A stretch of 63,374 nucleotides of DNA, filler included, from Pirum gemmata (GCA_002812295.1; 25 parts of 25 records of this genome joined end to end with filler, not necessarily neighbours in it), one strand, 5' to 3'. Positions 25,776 to 39,450 are shown, numbered from the whole stretch's first letter. Program-made: numbers and translations. Notes: generated from the letters alone by a model not told the origin.

Positions 25776-26447
25776 CATGATAATTTTCGTCCGGATTCGT
25801 GGTTAGAGGAAAACGATAAAAAGGAAATTAAACCGTTGGCGCTACCATCTACGCATAAACAATTACAACAAGTGTTAACACACCAAGACGGTTCCTTTAA
25901 TCTAATTTGCGTGCGAAATCGTAATGAGCAAATAATTGCAGAAGATCGCGATTATGTTTACTTTAAAAAAGCTGATGGGCATGAGGAAAGAATTAAGAAA
26001 TACCAAAGACGCTTTCAATATAATGATGCTGTAAGAGTTGGAAACAATAACGAAACAGTTTTAACTTTGCAGCCTTACATTAATGGCAAAAAAATTTCCA
26101 ATACCTTTTTACCAACTCGTCATTTTAAATTTAGATTACAAAAAGAAGGAGTTGAAAAAAAAGTTAAGGATGTGGATTTTAAAGGGCATTGTAAAATATA
26201 CCGTAAGTATGAAGCACCAAAATGTTCATTTGGTGATTGGTTTTGGCGTAGATGTCCCGGTGAGCCTGTGGGGTGGGAAGACAAGGGAACCATAACATGG
26301 ACTCAATGTGATACAATTTGTCACAATATAAAAAAAATTATACCTCAACCTCCTATACGAGGAGTCGCACTTGCACCACAATATTATCATTATTGCCGTA
26401 AATTTACTTTTGAAGGAATTGAAAATCCAGTTCGTATAGAAAATTGA
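25776..26447 (+). CDS. 5'-partial uninterrupted ORF (more than 220 aa), uncharacterised
   Basis: Frame open from the contig start (HDNFRPDSWLEE...) to TGA; high-complexity protein-like composition; no recognised domain. Confidence 0.75.
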   Translation, partial: HDNFRPDSWLEENDKKEIKPLALPSTHKQLQQVLTHQDGSFNLICVRNRNEQIIAEDRDYVYFKKADGHEERIKKYQRRFQYNDAVRVGNNNETVLTLQPYINGKKISNTFLPTRHFKFRLQKEGVEKKVKDVDFKGHCKIYRKYEAPKCSFGDWFWRRCPGEPVGWEDKGTITWTQCDTICHNIKKIIPQPPIRGVALAPQYYHYCRKFTFEGIENPVRIEN

Positions 26448-27398
26448 AAATCCAGTTCGTATTATAATTTATTTGAACTATTTTTCTTTTTTGGAAAAAA
26501 ATAATTTATATTATATTATTATGTAATACTATAATATTTTATTGTTAAGAATCTTATTATATATTAATCATTATCAATAAATTTATTTTTGTTTAATTAA
26601 TCCAACATCATCAATTAAATTATTGCATGAATTTTTACAACAATATTGTTGTAAAATTAACGATCATCAGAGTTTTTTTAATTCGTTTAAAGAGTCCCTT
26701 GATAAACCTAATTTCGCCACAGATTCTAAAGGAAGTATGTGTTACTTATTATTTTCACAAAATTTGTTTGTAACTATTCATTACTTTTATGCAGAAGTTA
26801 AATATCTTTTTGATATTAGTAATATTAAAAAAATTACTAATATTGAAGAGTTTTTTGACTTTAAATTTTGACATTACTTTATTAATAACGTCAAAATTTA
26901 TTTTAAATTTTTATATAAGTCAAAATAAGTCAAAATAAATTCGTAATCTTAAAAAAACCATTTTCTCCATCCTAAAACCCATAGAAATAACGTGATATAT
27001 CGATAAATATAAATTGAGACAATTTACACGTAGAATCTAATATAACATATTTATTTCTTTAGAGGATTCGTTTTCTTTATGGTGAATAGGTGGATAAACT
27101 CCACCGTTTAAATAATATTCAATACCTTGATATACTAAGCTTTTATACTTATTAGCAACATGAATTAAAATAGCATTAAATTTATAATGTGACCATATTG
27201 ACAATTGTTTTCTTGTAGTTTTATGTAAACCATTTCATTAACATTTGTTTAGTATTTAATTTAGGTGCAATAATTACTTTATTGTTTTTATGTTAGTAAA
27301 GAAAATTGTCTATATTCCAAAATTTCAAATAGCTTTTGAATAACTATTTTGGCATGTTTTTTTTGTAATTTTGATGTAGATAAACGAATTCCATGTTA

Positions 27399-27830
27399 AG
27401 CCTCTAGCAACTAGCCTCTAGCAACTATTAAGCCTCTGTTAAGCCTCTGTAGCATCTAGTAAGCCTCTGTCAAGCCTCTTTAGCAGCTAGTAAGCCTGTT
27501 AAGCCTCTAAGCCTCTAGAGCTAGTAGTAGTTAATTAATAAAACCTCTAGAGCTAGTAGTAGTTAATTAAAGCCTCTAAGCCTCTTGAGCTAGTAGTTAA
27601 GCCTCTCGAGCTAGTAGTTAAGCCTCTCGAGCTAGTAGTTAAGCCTCTCGAGCTAGTAGTTAAGCCTCTATAGCTAGTAGTTAAGCCTCTAAGCCTCTAG
27701 AGCTAGTAGTAGTTAAGCCTCTAAGCCTCTAGAGCTAGTAGTTAAGCTTCTAGAGCTAGTAGTTAAGCCTCTAGAGCTGGTAGTTAAGCCTCTAAGCCGC
27801 TAGAGCTAGTCTAGAGCTACTAGCTAATTA
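27399..27830. repeat. Compound minisatellite TAAGCCTC / TAGAGCTAGTAGT, about 21-bp unit
   Basis: Modular AAGCCTCT(A/C)GAGCTAGTAGTT repeats with extra 8-bp TAAGCCTC modules. Confidence 0.9.
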
Positions 27831-27885
27831 GCTTAATTAATAACGGTTTTTTTTTTTTTTTTTTTTTTTTTGTTGTTGTCTGAAC

Positions 27886-27924
27886 AGGAGGGATGAGATG
27901 ACGTCATCTTACCAATTGGATGCT
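27886..27924 (+). mobile_element. Terminus of a family-C-related element (AGGAGGGATGAGATGACGTCATCTTACCAATTGGATGCT)
   Basis: Identical to about 29715-29753; related inverted terminus at about 17503-17528. Confidence 0.7.
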
Positions 27925-28779
27925 NNNNNNNNNNNNNNNNNNNNNNNNNNNNNNNNNNNNNNNNNNNNTTAATTAATTAANNNNNNNNNNNNNNNNNNNN
28001 NNNNNNNNNNNNNNNNNNNNNNNNTAATAATAAGTAAATAATAATAATAATAATAATAATATAATAATAAATAACAATAATGGGTAAAAAATCAGGTGAC
28101 GTTTACGCAAAACGAACTACAAAGAAAGACAGTAAAAAAGAAACTTTCAACAAATACGGCAAAACTACATCTCGTGGTGTTAGAATCAAAGAAGCCAACA
28201 ATCCAAATAAAACAATAACAACCAACAATAGTCCCTGGTAGGAAGGGCGTCACCCTTTCAATATAACTCTGAAATTTGCGCCTGCGCATTACTATTTATA
28301 GTTACATGAACTAAATAAAGTAACTTAAGTTACTATACTAAGAATTTTCAAAAAAGGCAAAGTGTTTACTCTTTATGGTTTACAATTTACTTAATTGGGA
28401 AGCAATAAATGGCTGCGGTTTGCGGAATTAGTGCCAATTTAAGGGGTCATTTACTTATTGGACTCTTATAGTGTTACCCCTTCTGTATTGAATAATAATA
28501 ATCGTTGCTTATATAATTAATAATAAATATTAATAACATTTATATTAATAATAATGATTAATATATTATTAATATTATAATAATAATTAATAATAATAAT
28601 TGATAATAATTATAATATTATAATAATATAATATTATAATAATAATAATAATTAATTATTTTTTAAATTTTAATGATAATATTATTAACAAAACCAATAA
28701 ATAAAATCCAAACAAAAAACAAAAAACAAAATTATCGCAAAAATTACGAGGTTCTTTTTGTGTATTACTTATCGTACGC

Positions 28780-29137
28780 GTGTTTTTCAATAATGCTGTC
28801 CATTTGAACCGAAATAAACTGTACCAAATTATTATTATGGCTAAACTATCAGACATGTTTTAATTAATTTGGTATTTTTTATCTAATGTTTTATTTTATA
28901 AATAAGCTCAATTACACACTTAAACAGTAACAAATTAAACATTGAGGACAATTGTAATAAAATAGGCGACACTCTGAATATTTATTTGGAGGGTTATAAT
29001 ATTTAAATTGACACTTTTAAATCAATATAAAGATAATAAAATATACCCAATTAAATTAAATGGATTTATATTGTATTAATTTGGTATATATAAACAAGCT
29101 CAATTATACACTTTAACAAATTTAAGATTGAGAGGAT
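28780..29137. mobile_element. Composite of MITE family B (about 28780-28971), a family A fragment (about 28971-29085) and a repeated B fragment
   Basis: Segments match 51250-51434 and 43313-43495. Confidence 0.75.
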
Positions 29138-29281
29138 ATAATTATAATATAATATTAATATTATATAATATTGTACAATTTTCTTCTTCTTTTTAGTTAG
29201 CTACTAATAGACTAGTCTCGATCATAGACTAAGACCTACATACACAGTAGTTCTCAGGTGCTGACACGAATAACTAGTATT

Positions 29282-29610
29282 CTAACCCTAACCCTAACCC
29301 TAACCCTAACCCTAACACTAACCCTAACCCTATATTCTTAACCCTAAACGTTATATAACCCTATAGCTAACCCTAACCCTAACCCTAACCCTAACCCTAA
29401 CCCTAACCCTAACCCTAACCCTATTAACCCTATAGCTAACCCTTACCCTAACCTTAACCCTAAACCTAACCCTAACCCTAACCCTCACCCTCCCTAACCC
29501 TAACCCTAACCCTAAATTTATAACCCTAACCCTAACTCTGACCCCGACCCTGACCCTAACCCTAACCCTAACCCTAACCCTAACCCCAACCCTAACGCTA
29601 ACGCTAACCT
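29282..29610. repeat. Interstitial telomeric tract (CCCTAA)n, interrupted
   Basis: Seen directly. Confidence 0.95.
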
Positions 29611-30131
29611 TACTATTTATATTGATATTATCTGATAGCCACATCTCATATTATCATACTATCGATATTATGATATATATATTATGATAATTATGATACG
29701 AATTATGATATAATAGGAGGGATGAGATGACGTCATCTTACCAATTGGATGCTCGGACCGGCGAACTTCCAGAAATTTGACTAAAAAAGTCTTTTTAAAG
29801 TAACTACTTAAATAGGTAGTTACTAAATAAATAATTACAAATACTAAATATGGTAAGGCGAAACAGGCGAACAAAATTTACTTTGTGCCTCGGTCAAAAA
29901 AGTTCGCCATAAGAGTTCTCACCCCTCCTGATATAATTATATAAAAAAAATGGTTTGTAAAATTTGGTTCGGTACTTTCTTTTTTTGAACTGTTTGGACC
30001 ATTGAAAAGACGATACGTAGAATCTCAAAGTATCAAACCTTGAGTTTCTGCTGCCCTGTTCGAAAGTTATTTTTTCCATTTTTTCGGGTTTACAAGTAAA
30101 TAAATATACTTGAATACATACTTAACTGTTA

Positions 30132-30216
30132 GGGAGCGTTCAATAATTACGTAACGCCGATTTGGGACAAAAACCTACCCTACTACCCCCCATGTAACTG
30201 CCTGTCACGTTTGAGA
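30132..30216 (+). mobile_element. Left end of a PIF/Harbinger-like element related to family D
   Basis: TTA|GGGAGCGTTCAATAATTACGTAACGCC; truncated by the contig end. Confidence 0.7.
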
Positions 30217-31074
30217 NNNNNNNNNNNNNNNNNNNNNNNNNNNNNNNNNNNNNNNNNNNNTTAATTAATTAANNNNNNNNNNNNNNNNNNNNNNNNNNNN
30301 NNNNNNNNNNNNNNNNTTGTAATAACAAACTATAGTTTTTTCATGCCGCTGAGTTCGAAAATGATATTTATTTTTGATGTAGTGCTATGATATCATATCG
30401 ATATCAATATCAGATAGTTAGTATCCCTGATGGTAGGTCGGGTTGCGTGAACCCTTTGATCCGACGAAAAAGAGAAACCGGGTCGGTCTGCTTTAGTAAT
30501 GTTATTGATAGGCTACTAGCTAGCTAGCTAGCTAGCTCTAGAGCAGTTAGCTAGCTCAGGAGTGACTCAGGCGCTCCAAAAAACCAAAAAAAATAATTGA
30601 AGTTAGACTACCGGTATTGAAGTATGTCATGTCATATATATTGAACATTATTATTCTAAAAATGCCGGAATTCAGTGCCGGAATTTGAAAAAAATTATCC
30701 ATCTTCAGTGCAGTGTTAAACTTTTTTTGCGGGCGGGGGAGAATGAGGCTGCTATAGTCTATAGATAGACCCCGGTCTACCATATCATTTTTAAATGCTA
30801 CGTATACGGGTTCGAATTATAACAAACTCGATACCTTTTACAACATTTATAAGAAAAGGTTAATGTTCGGACGTCAATTATAAAGAAAGAAATGTATTTA
30901 GTACGTAAGGATTAAACCAAGTTAACTGTATACTGTTCATTGAATAAGTCAATGAGTTTTTGTGCTACGATATATATAATGAAAAATAAAGTAAAGTTGT
31001 AGTTGAAATAAAAATAACAATAACAATAACAGTAGTATACTTGTGGCAACAAAAATAAAAATAGCAATTAGCTT

Positions 31075-31325
31075 TGGGGTTAGGGTTATAAGTTTAGGGT
31101 TAGATAGCGTTAGAGTTTTTAGGGTTACGATTAGGGTTAAGGTTAGCTATAGGATTTAATATAATAGGGTTAGGGCTAGGATTAGGATTAGATTTAGGAT
31201 TAGGGCTAGGGTTATAATTAGGATTAGGGTTAGGATTAAGGTTTAGGATCAGGATTGTGATTAGAAAAGGTTAGGGGTTAGGGTTAGGGCTGAGGGTTAA
31301 TTAAGGTTATAAATTAAGGTTAAGG
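31075..31325. repeat. Highly decayed telomere-derived tract
   Basis: Mixture of TTAGGG, TTAGGA and TTAAGG. Confidence 0.8.
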
Positions 31326-32869
31326 TTTGAAGGGTTAGCGTTAGTGTTATTAATTAGGATTAGGGTTAAACCCAGCCCTACTGGAATTAGTAATGAGATC
31401 CAACAGATCATGTTTGAATAATAATGTGGATAGCCAAAGAGTCCCAAGGCCCAGCGGAGTTGAAAAAAAAAAAAGCCTAGAAAATATGCTCGATAAAATA
31501 AAAAAAAAGGCCTTTTTTTGTTTCGAGCCGATGTTTTTTTACTTTTTTTTTTCGCCAAAAATAGTCTAATTCCTTAGGTCGAATTCCAATTATTTGGCGT
31601 AAAATTTAATAGCTAATTTAATATTAGACTTCGAGTAGTCTTCGAGTACATTTCTTTTGTTTTTCTTTTTTTACATAATATTATTATCGTACATTTTCAT
31701 ATTGTTGTTGTGTTTTATATCGTAAAATTCGTAGTTAAACTTATTATTGTTGTTGTTATGTTGATGGTTTGTATGCTAGTTTTAATAATCGTTCTGTGTT
31801 GCTTTGTACTAAGACACTAGCTATAGACTCTAGCTTGAGTCTATAGCTATTATTATTTATGTATGATATCGATAATCTATAGCTAATAGCTATATAAATA
31901 AATTATTGGAATGCATGCATAGACCGGGTAGTGACCGGGTCTACATAATTATGCATAATATTATCAAGGAGCTAATAATCCACCTGGGTTGTGTTTGTGT
32001 TTGTTTGTTGTTTCTAAAGAGCTTTAGTTTATAAAAATTATGTTCTTTGCTCTAGCTAGCTCCTATACACCTCACAACAACCAAAAAACTCCTTAGCTCC
32101 TGTGGATATATAAAACAAACACACCTTAAGCTTACAACTCTTCATGGAATTAAATTCGTATGGGGAGTTATAAGACGTGTTTTCTCTTTTTAAAAAGTTC
32201 ATGTCTGTTTTGCACAGTACTTTTTGCACCTTACGGGATTAAATGGGCTAGGTCGAGGTATGAAAGCGGCTATATATACTGCGTTAGACAAAAAGTTGTT
32301 AATTAAACTACCCGTTCCCGTGATATATATATATTCATAGGAGGCACCCCCACTCCCTGAACTAAACGAAGATGTCAAAATATTCACTATCTCCTCGACT
32401 GATGACGAAGCCCCGGCCAGATTATTATTATTATTATTATTATTCATATTATTAATATTATTATTAATATTTTAAAATATTATTATTATTAGTATTATTA
32501 TATATTANNNNNNNNNNNNNNNNNNNNNNNNNNNNNNNNNNNNNNNNNNNNTTAATTAATTAANNNNNNNNNNNNNNNNNNNNNNNNNNNNNNNNNNNNN
32601 NNNNNNNTAATATATAATATAATATATAGTATATCATTATGTTGTATTATATATTATACTAGTGTATGCTATAATATATATAATAATATATGATTATGTA
32701 TATTGAATATTTGAAAAAAGTTGAAAAGTTGGTATTTTTTAAGCTGTGTGTTCATCATTTTATTTCTTTGTCTTTCTTTACTACAGCAATATTTTTTAAA
32801 AAAATTTATATAAAAAAAATGAAGATTATTTTTTATTTTTCTACAAACTATACAGTGTTACCCCATGCT

Positions 32870-34135
32870 TTTTAACTCTTCTTCTATTATTCAACCAGTA
32901 CTAGCTAGTTCTAATAAATAATATTTATATTATGCACATGTTATATGAAGACACACTCTTTTCATTTATTTTGTTACTCCGAATATTTATTCGGTTGGTT
33001 ATACACCAAAGTAAATGAAATGAATTTATATTGTATTAATTTTATAATTTGGTACTATTTATTGTATATTTTATGATGACAAAACAACTGGAAAGCATAT
33101 ATGACATAGCTCTTGGCATTATGACATTGTAATAAAAATAATGATAATAGTAATAATAATAAAAGTATAAATAATTTCTTTTTATTAAAAACATTTTCAC
33201 CAGTAAACAATCAGTATTATCATAAAATAACCGAAACGGATTGAATATTAATTATATAATTATGAATCTATATAATGATTAAAGGCTAGTTATAATATAA
33301 AAATATAATATTAATACCAGTGCTTTTTAATTCTTCTTCTGTTACTCAACCAGTACTAGCTAGTGTTCTATGTAGACAAACCAACTGAAAAGCATATAAT
33401 ATAATATTTATAATATATATTCTTGGCATTATGTAATAATAATGAGAATAATAATAATAATAATAATAATAAAAGTATTAATATAAAACGAAAAGTATAA
33501 TTTCTTTTTTTTTATTATGATATTAAAAACATTTTCACCAGTAAACATTCAGTACTAGTGTTATCATAAAATAACCGAAATGGATTGAATATTTATTATA
33601 TTATAATAATTTATTATGAATCTATTATAATTATTATATTATTACATGTAAGACTGTTATAAAAATATAATGCATATTATGTTACCATGGCCAGTGCTTT
33701 TTAATTCTATTTATATAATTAAATCACATGTAAGTTAATGTTTTTAATTCTTCTTATGTTATTCAACCAGTACTAGTACTAGCTAATTCTATTAAATAAT
33801 ATTTATTTATTTATGTTATAATAATTATGTACATGTTATATTGTGCTTTTCATTTATTTTGTTACACCGATTATTTATTTGGTTGGTTATAATATTTAAA
33901 TTGACATTTTTAAATGAAGAAATAGATAAAAAAATAAACCAAATTATATATTGTATTAATTAGGTAGGGTTAGTATAATAATAAAAGTATAAAACGAAAA
34001 GTATAATTTCTTTTTATTAATAAAACCATTTTCACCAGTAAACAATTAGTGTTATCATAAAATAACCGAAATGGATTGAATATATATTAATTATTATATA
34101 ATAATAATTATTATGAATCTATATAATTATTATAT
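32870..34135. repeat. Three diverged tandem units of about 350-480 bp carrying family A fragments
   Basis: CATTTTCACCAGTAAACA...CATAAAATAACCGAAA recurs at about 33192, 33530 and 34027; A fragments at 32958-33098 and 33843-33960. Confidence 0.8.
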
Positions 34136-34297
34136 GAATGCAGCTATAAATATATACATATTATTAGATAATGGTCATCTCAATAATTCTGAGCTATCCA
34201 AAGTAACAGGTATTTGTAACAATCCTTACTCTGCGCACACAACAAAGGTAGACCCGTTGATGACTAGTACTATTTAAAATTTCTAAGAACTTGTATC

Positions 34298-34526
34298 GTG
34301 CATTTCATTTATTTTTTCACTCCGAATATTTATTTGGAGGGTTATAATCTTTAAATTGACAATTTTAAATCAATATAAAGATAACTAACCCTAACCCTAA
34401 CCCTAACCCTAACCCTAACCCTAACCCTAACCCTAACTATACAAAATTAGATTAAATGAATTTAAATTATATTAATTGGGTACTATTTATTGCATACTTT
34501 ATAATGACAAAACAACGGAAAAGCAC
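34298..34526 (-). mobile_element. MITE family A copy interrupted by a (CCCTAA)n insertion at 34385-34437
   Basis: Both TIRs present; collinear with 43313-43495 except for the telomeric tract. Confidence 0.88.
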
Positions 34527-35684
34527 TCTACTATTGATGCAACTGATATACCAATATCTTAGTTTTGTATTAAATTTTACAAAGACTAAATTTTATTTAT
34601 TTCCAGATTAATATTTAGTATTAAATTTTATACAAAAATGAATCACATTGACAAAATATATTAGGTGCGCTTTAGACCACAACAAATTTTAAAAAGTTAA
34701 AAACGCATCAGGTCAATCTTGGTAAAACTGCCAAGGGTTAGGGTTAGGGTTAGGGTTAGGGTTAGGNNNNNNNNNNNNNNNNNNNNNNNNNNNNNNNNNN
34801 NNNNNNNNNNTTAATTAATTAANNNNNNNNNNNNNNNNNNNNNNNNNNNNNNNNNNNNNNNNNNNNTTTTCAAAAAATTTGAAATTTGGCACTAATTAAA
34901 AGATATGGAATCAGGTAGAATTCCCCCACCATAGCTTTTCTAAGCTTTCCTTCTTATCGATATAATAACGAGAACTGTCCTACTACTACTAGCTGAGCTA
35001 GCTAGTAGACTAGTAGACTTTTCAATAAATAATCAAATATAATATACTTTTCATAAATCCTACTGTCAATAATACAACATCATATATAGTGATATGTAAT
35101 ATATTGTAGATAAGTTTGAGATATAATATCATAATATGGAATTTAAAAGCAGTGTACAATAAATTATGATAATGAATTATTGATTGATTCATAAATTGAT
35201 TTATAAATAGTAACCATAATGAAATAATCCCTGAGCGAAACACATTCTGTAGACTTAACAGGTAACACATTTAAAAATTTGATATATCAAAATAAGTTAT
35301 AATAGCCTAAACTAAACTAAACTAAAGCTTAGTTTCAGGTTGCATATTATTACTATAACTATTACTATTATATAATTACTATAATTATAATTACTATTAT
35401 TATTATTTTATTATATGATAATTACTATAATTATAATTACTATTACTATTATTGATATACTAGACTAAACTAAAGCTTAGTTTCAGTTTACATGTTATTA
35501 CTATAACTATTACCATTATTACTATAACTATTACTATTAGTAGCTAGAGCTAACATAACAAGAAAAAACTTATTATGGTTAATAGCTAGCGAAACCATAA
35601 CATCAATATAATTAGTTGCAAATTGAAGCTTTAAAAATTTGCATCTAGTAGTTCGAAACTACGTATACTATGGTATCAATAATT

Positions 35685-35881
35685 GTGTTTTTCAATAGTG
35701 TTGTCCAATTCAAAAACTGAAATGAGCGTACCAAATTATTATTAGGGTTAAACTATCAGTCATGGTTTAAACAATTTGGTATTTTATACTTAATGTTTTA
35801 TTTTATAAACAAGTTCAATTATACAATTAAACAGTACCAAATTAAAGGTTGAGAGGACAACTGTAATGAAATAGAAGATAT
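35685..35881 (+). mobile_element. MITE family B, full-length copy
   Basis: GTGTTTTTCAATAGTGTTGTCCA...GTAATGAAATAGAAGA|TA. Confidence 0.8.
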
Positions 35882-36416
35882 GTCGATATCGATACATATA
35901 TAGTACTAAGACTTAGAAAACACCTAACGATAAAAAAGCTGATAAACCAGAGCTTGGCTTGAACCAAAACCAGTCGTTTGACTCGTTTCTAAAGGTGTGC
36001 ACTGTAGTTTTGCACTGTGAGTCTGTGACTCGTTTCTAAAGGTGTGCACTGTAGTTTTACATTGTGTAGCCAAAACCCCAAATTAAAACTAACCCTCCTA
36101 GACTATTTGTGTCTAGCCCTCTGTGTGGGGTCTATTTTAACAAAGGAAATCACTCAATGGAATCAGATTTGGGTCTTTATATAATAATATAATATAAATA
36201 TATTAAAAATTTTATACAGCCAAGTAAAGCTTGGAGGTTTTTCTTTTTGGAAGACAATCAATGATATTTTAAAATGTGATATTTTAATTTTTTTTTAAAA
36301 AATAGAACGCTAAAAGTGTGTAATATTAATGATGTAATTCATTGAGTGGGCTACAGTACCCATACAAACTTACAAAGCATTAATATTGAGGTATTCTTCT
36401 ATTCTAAATTATCATC

Positions 36417-36730
36417 AACTTTACCTTTAATAACGCAAACGATATTATATTATCGCTTTCAATATTTCGAAATTCAAAGACAAGACAGTGTACAGAATTA
36501 GCATGTTGTTACAATTAATAAAAATCATAATAATAGTTACAATATATAGTAATAATAAAGATTAATTTATTTTTAATAACTTACCTTCAATAACGTAAAC
36601 GATATAATATTATCGCTTTCAATATTTCGAAATTCAAAGACAAGACAGTGTACAGAATTAGCAATTAATAAAAACCATAATAATAGTTACAATATATAGT
36701 AATAATAAAGATTAATTTATTATTAATAAC
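36417..36730. repeat. Tandem duplication of about 160 bp
   Basis: TTACCTT(T/C)AATAACG...GACAAGACAGTGTACAGAATTAGCA occurs twice. Confidence 0.9.
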
Positions 36731-37164
36731 AATAATAATAATTAATTAATAATTAATATTAATTATAATATTATTAATTTAATTAATAGTATATAATATT
36801 ATAATAATAAATGGTCAACTTTACGTTGCCATTTCACGTGTTTGTAAGCCCAGTTCTATCAAATTTTTAGTACAAAGAGGAAAACATATAGGAGGTTTCA
36901 CAACAAACATTGTACATAAACAATTATAGTATTGTTTTCATAAATAAAATAATAATAATAATAATAATAGTATAATATTGTTTTAATAAATAAAATAATA
37001 ATAATTAATAATAATAATAATATAGATAATATTATTAATGATAATAATAGCTATAATNNNNNNNNNNNNNNNNNNNNNNNNNNNNNNNNNNNNNNNNNNN
37101 NTTAATTAATTAANNNNNNNNNNNNNNNNNNNNNNNNNNNNNNNNNNNNNNNNNNNNATATGAC

Positions 37165-37899
37165 TTGAATTTGTAGTCTTAATTTGTCAAGAACAGAGGT
37201 TTTCTTATCAATAGCTTCTTTATATTCTGACTCAAGTAGACTAATTCTTTCATTGAAATCCGTTTCTTTTTCAAAGATTAATTCCTTTTGGTCCTGCATA
37301 AAAAATATTTTCATTTTTTTTTAAAAGAAAAAAAAAACAACGATGTAGCATGGTACTGCAATTCTTGACAGGGGTTTCTTCAAATTTAATAAGAGAAAAC
37401 ATTATGTTTATTACATAAAATTTTAAATATAATGAGAAGAGGTGGTTGATGCATACAATGGAATAAACTTAACATACCTTTATAGTTGTAACATACTTTT
37501 TCTCCTGAACTTTTAATTGTTCTGACAAGTCTGTAATCTTTTCTTCTAGAGTTTTCACCTCATCATTTTTGGCTTTCACTTCATTATCAACAGAGTTCTG
37601 CTTCTTTATTATCGTTTCCTAAAAGTTTTAGCAATTTTCTGGGGTTAAACACTATTCATAAAGGCCAAAGGGATAGAAAACCCCATTGCAGTCTTATTTT
37701 AATTTATCATTAAAACAAAACATCATTTACAGAAAAGCAAAAGTACCTGTTGCAATTTTATATCAGCTTTTGCGAGAGAAAGCTGCTCATTTAGTTCATT
37801 ATTTTCTTGTTGTAACTTGGTATTCCCAACTCTACAAAAGGAATCGTATTTTTAAAGTATGGTTTTTATAATTGTAAATAATACTAAACACATCCCATC

Positions 37900-37935
<36 letters not shown>

Positions 37936-39160
37936 GGGGGGGGGTATTACTCTAATTGCTTCATGCTTTCCAGAGCGCTTTCATTCCTTTGGAGATTTTC
38001 TATTGTACTATGAAATCAATACAAGTAAAAAGTAAAAAGTAAAAAGTAAAAGTGTTTGTTGCTAATACGCTGCCTCCGGCACTATACTATTGTTATACCA
38101 TTGTACACTGCTTTCAATAATTATTTTAAGTGACAATCATAAACGTAACGAAAAGAGTAAAAAGCCTACCAAAAAAAAAATAGTTATTACTAATGATTGA
38201 CTGACACGAAACAGCAGGAAAATATTTCAAACATGGGCTGGTATTATAATATGATTTGTTAATACTGTTGACGTTACCTGGTTTTGATTTCTAAGTCATT
38301 TTGTAAAGTTGTCAATTTTGTCTGTAAATCGAATATCACTTTTATATGATTTCCCTCTGAAGAAGTCAATTTTTCAATCACAGCTTTTGACTCTTCCACT
38401 AAGAAAAGAAAACATGTTAAAATTTGTTTTGTGATTGTGGATAAGTTAAATACTGTAATCTTAATTAATAACATATGTATCTTATTGGTCAAAAAACAAA
38501 ACAAATTAAAAATATAATAACTAAAATTAAACAAAATTCACGTTTTTTTTTTAGTCCTTGCTTTTCATGAACCATTCCTTGAAACCCATAGCTACTTTTT
38601 GACAAAGAATCTCCCAGAGAAGAGATTTTAGCTTCATACTTTATATAAATTCAATTTTAAGAGTGAGTATATAAAGGTATTGTTTGGATGAAATTATTGT
38701 GTGCAATGAGGATAAAAAACAAGAATAAAGTAGTGGAATACAAAACAGGGCAAATCAGTAACGTCTTACTGGCATAAAAAAAATATTACCTTTTTCTTTT
38801 CTTCTTCACTTTCATAAAGGTGAGTACCCACTTTTTTCTGTAGCTGTCTAAGCAATTTATTTTGACCACTAATTTTTTCATCCAATTTCTATGTAACAGG
38901 CAGTTAGAATTTAATATATAGCATAAAATAAATAGTAAATAGATATAATCAAAATATAATAATAATATTCAAGAACAATTGCACTTCATATAATTTTTAA
39001 GACTACATTTCGAATTTTTTCCAAGACTAGCGTCTTTAACCTTTGCAATTGTTTTCATTTCGCCTAGTTTTTTTTTCTGTTCTTGAAAGTACTGAGCAAA
39101 GCATGGAGATAATGCAGAAATACTGCCAATATTGACTTCGAACGTTTTTAGACAGCTAAT
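37165..39160 (-). CDS. Multi-exon coiled-coil protein, partial
   Basis: Phase-compatible GT-AG exons 38888-38790, 38638-38542, 38398-38278, 38007-37951, 37831-37747, 37618-37478 and 37293-37165, plus a probable exon near 39160-39041. E/K/L/Q-rich heptad-like product (KLDEKISGQNKLLRQLQKK...EVKTLEEKITDLSEQLK). Confidence 0.85.
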
Positions 39161-39450
39161 TTGCAAAAATGGATGTTTTTTAAAAAATTAATAAAAATCG
39201 TGATTGCGCAATAACAAAAATAAATTTATCAAAGAGCAATAATAAAACCCTAACTTTTTTGGAAGACTGGACAAGCTGTTATGGGCTACGGCTAGCTGAT
39301 TTTTCTCTTTTACTATAGTTTTAGCAATGTTCTAATCAATATATATATNNNNNNNNNNNNNNNNNNNNNNNNNNNNNNNNNNNNNNNNNNNNTTAATTAA
39401 TTAANNNNNNNNNNNNNNNNNNNNNNNNNNNNNNNNNNNNNNNNNNNNGC

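Noticed and set aside
32395..32425. Hammerhead ribozyme core (CTGATGA)
   Set aside because: No stem II followed by GAAA and no supporting flanking helices.
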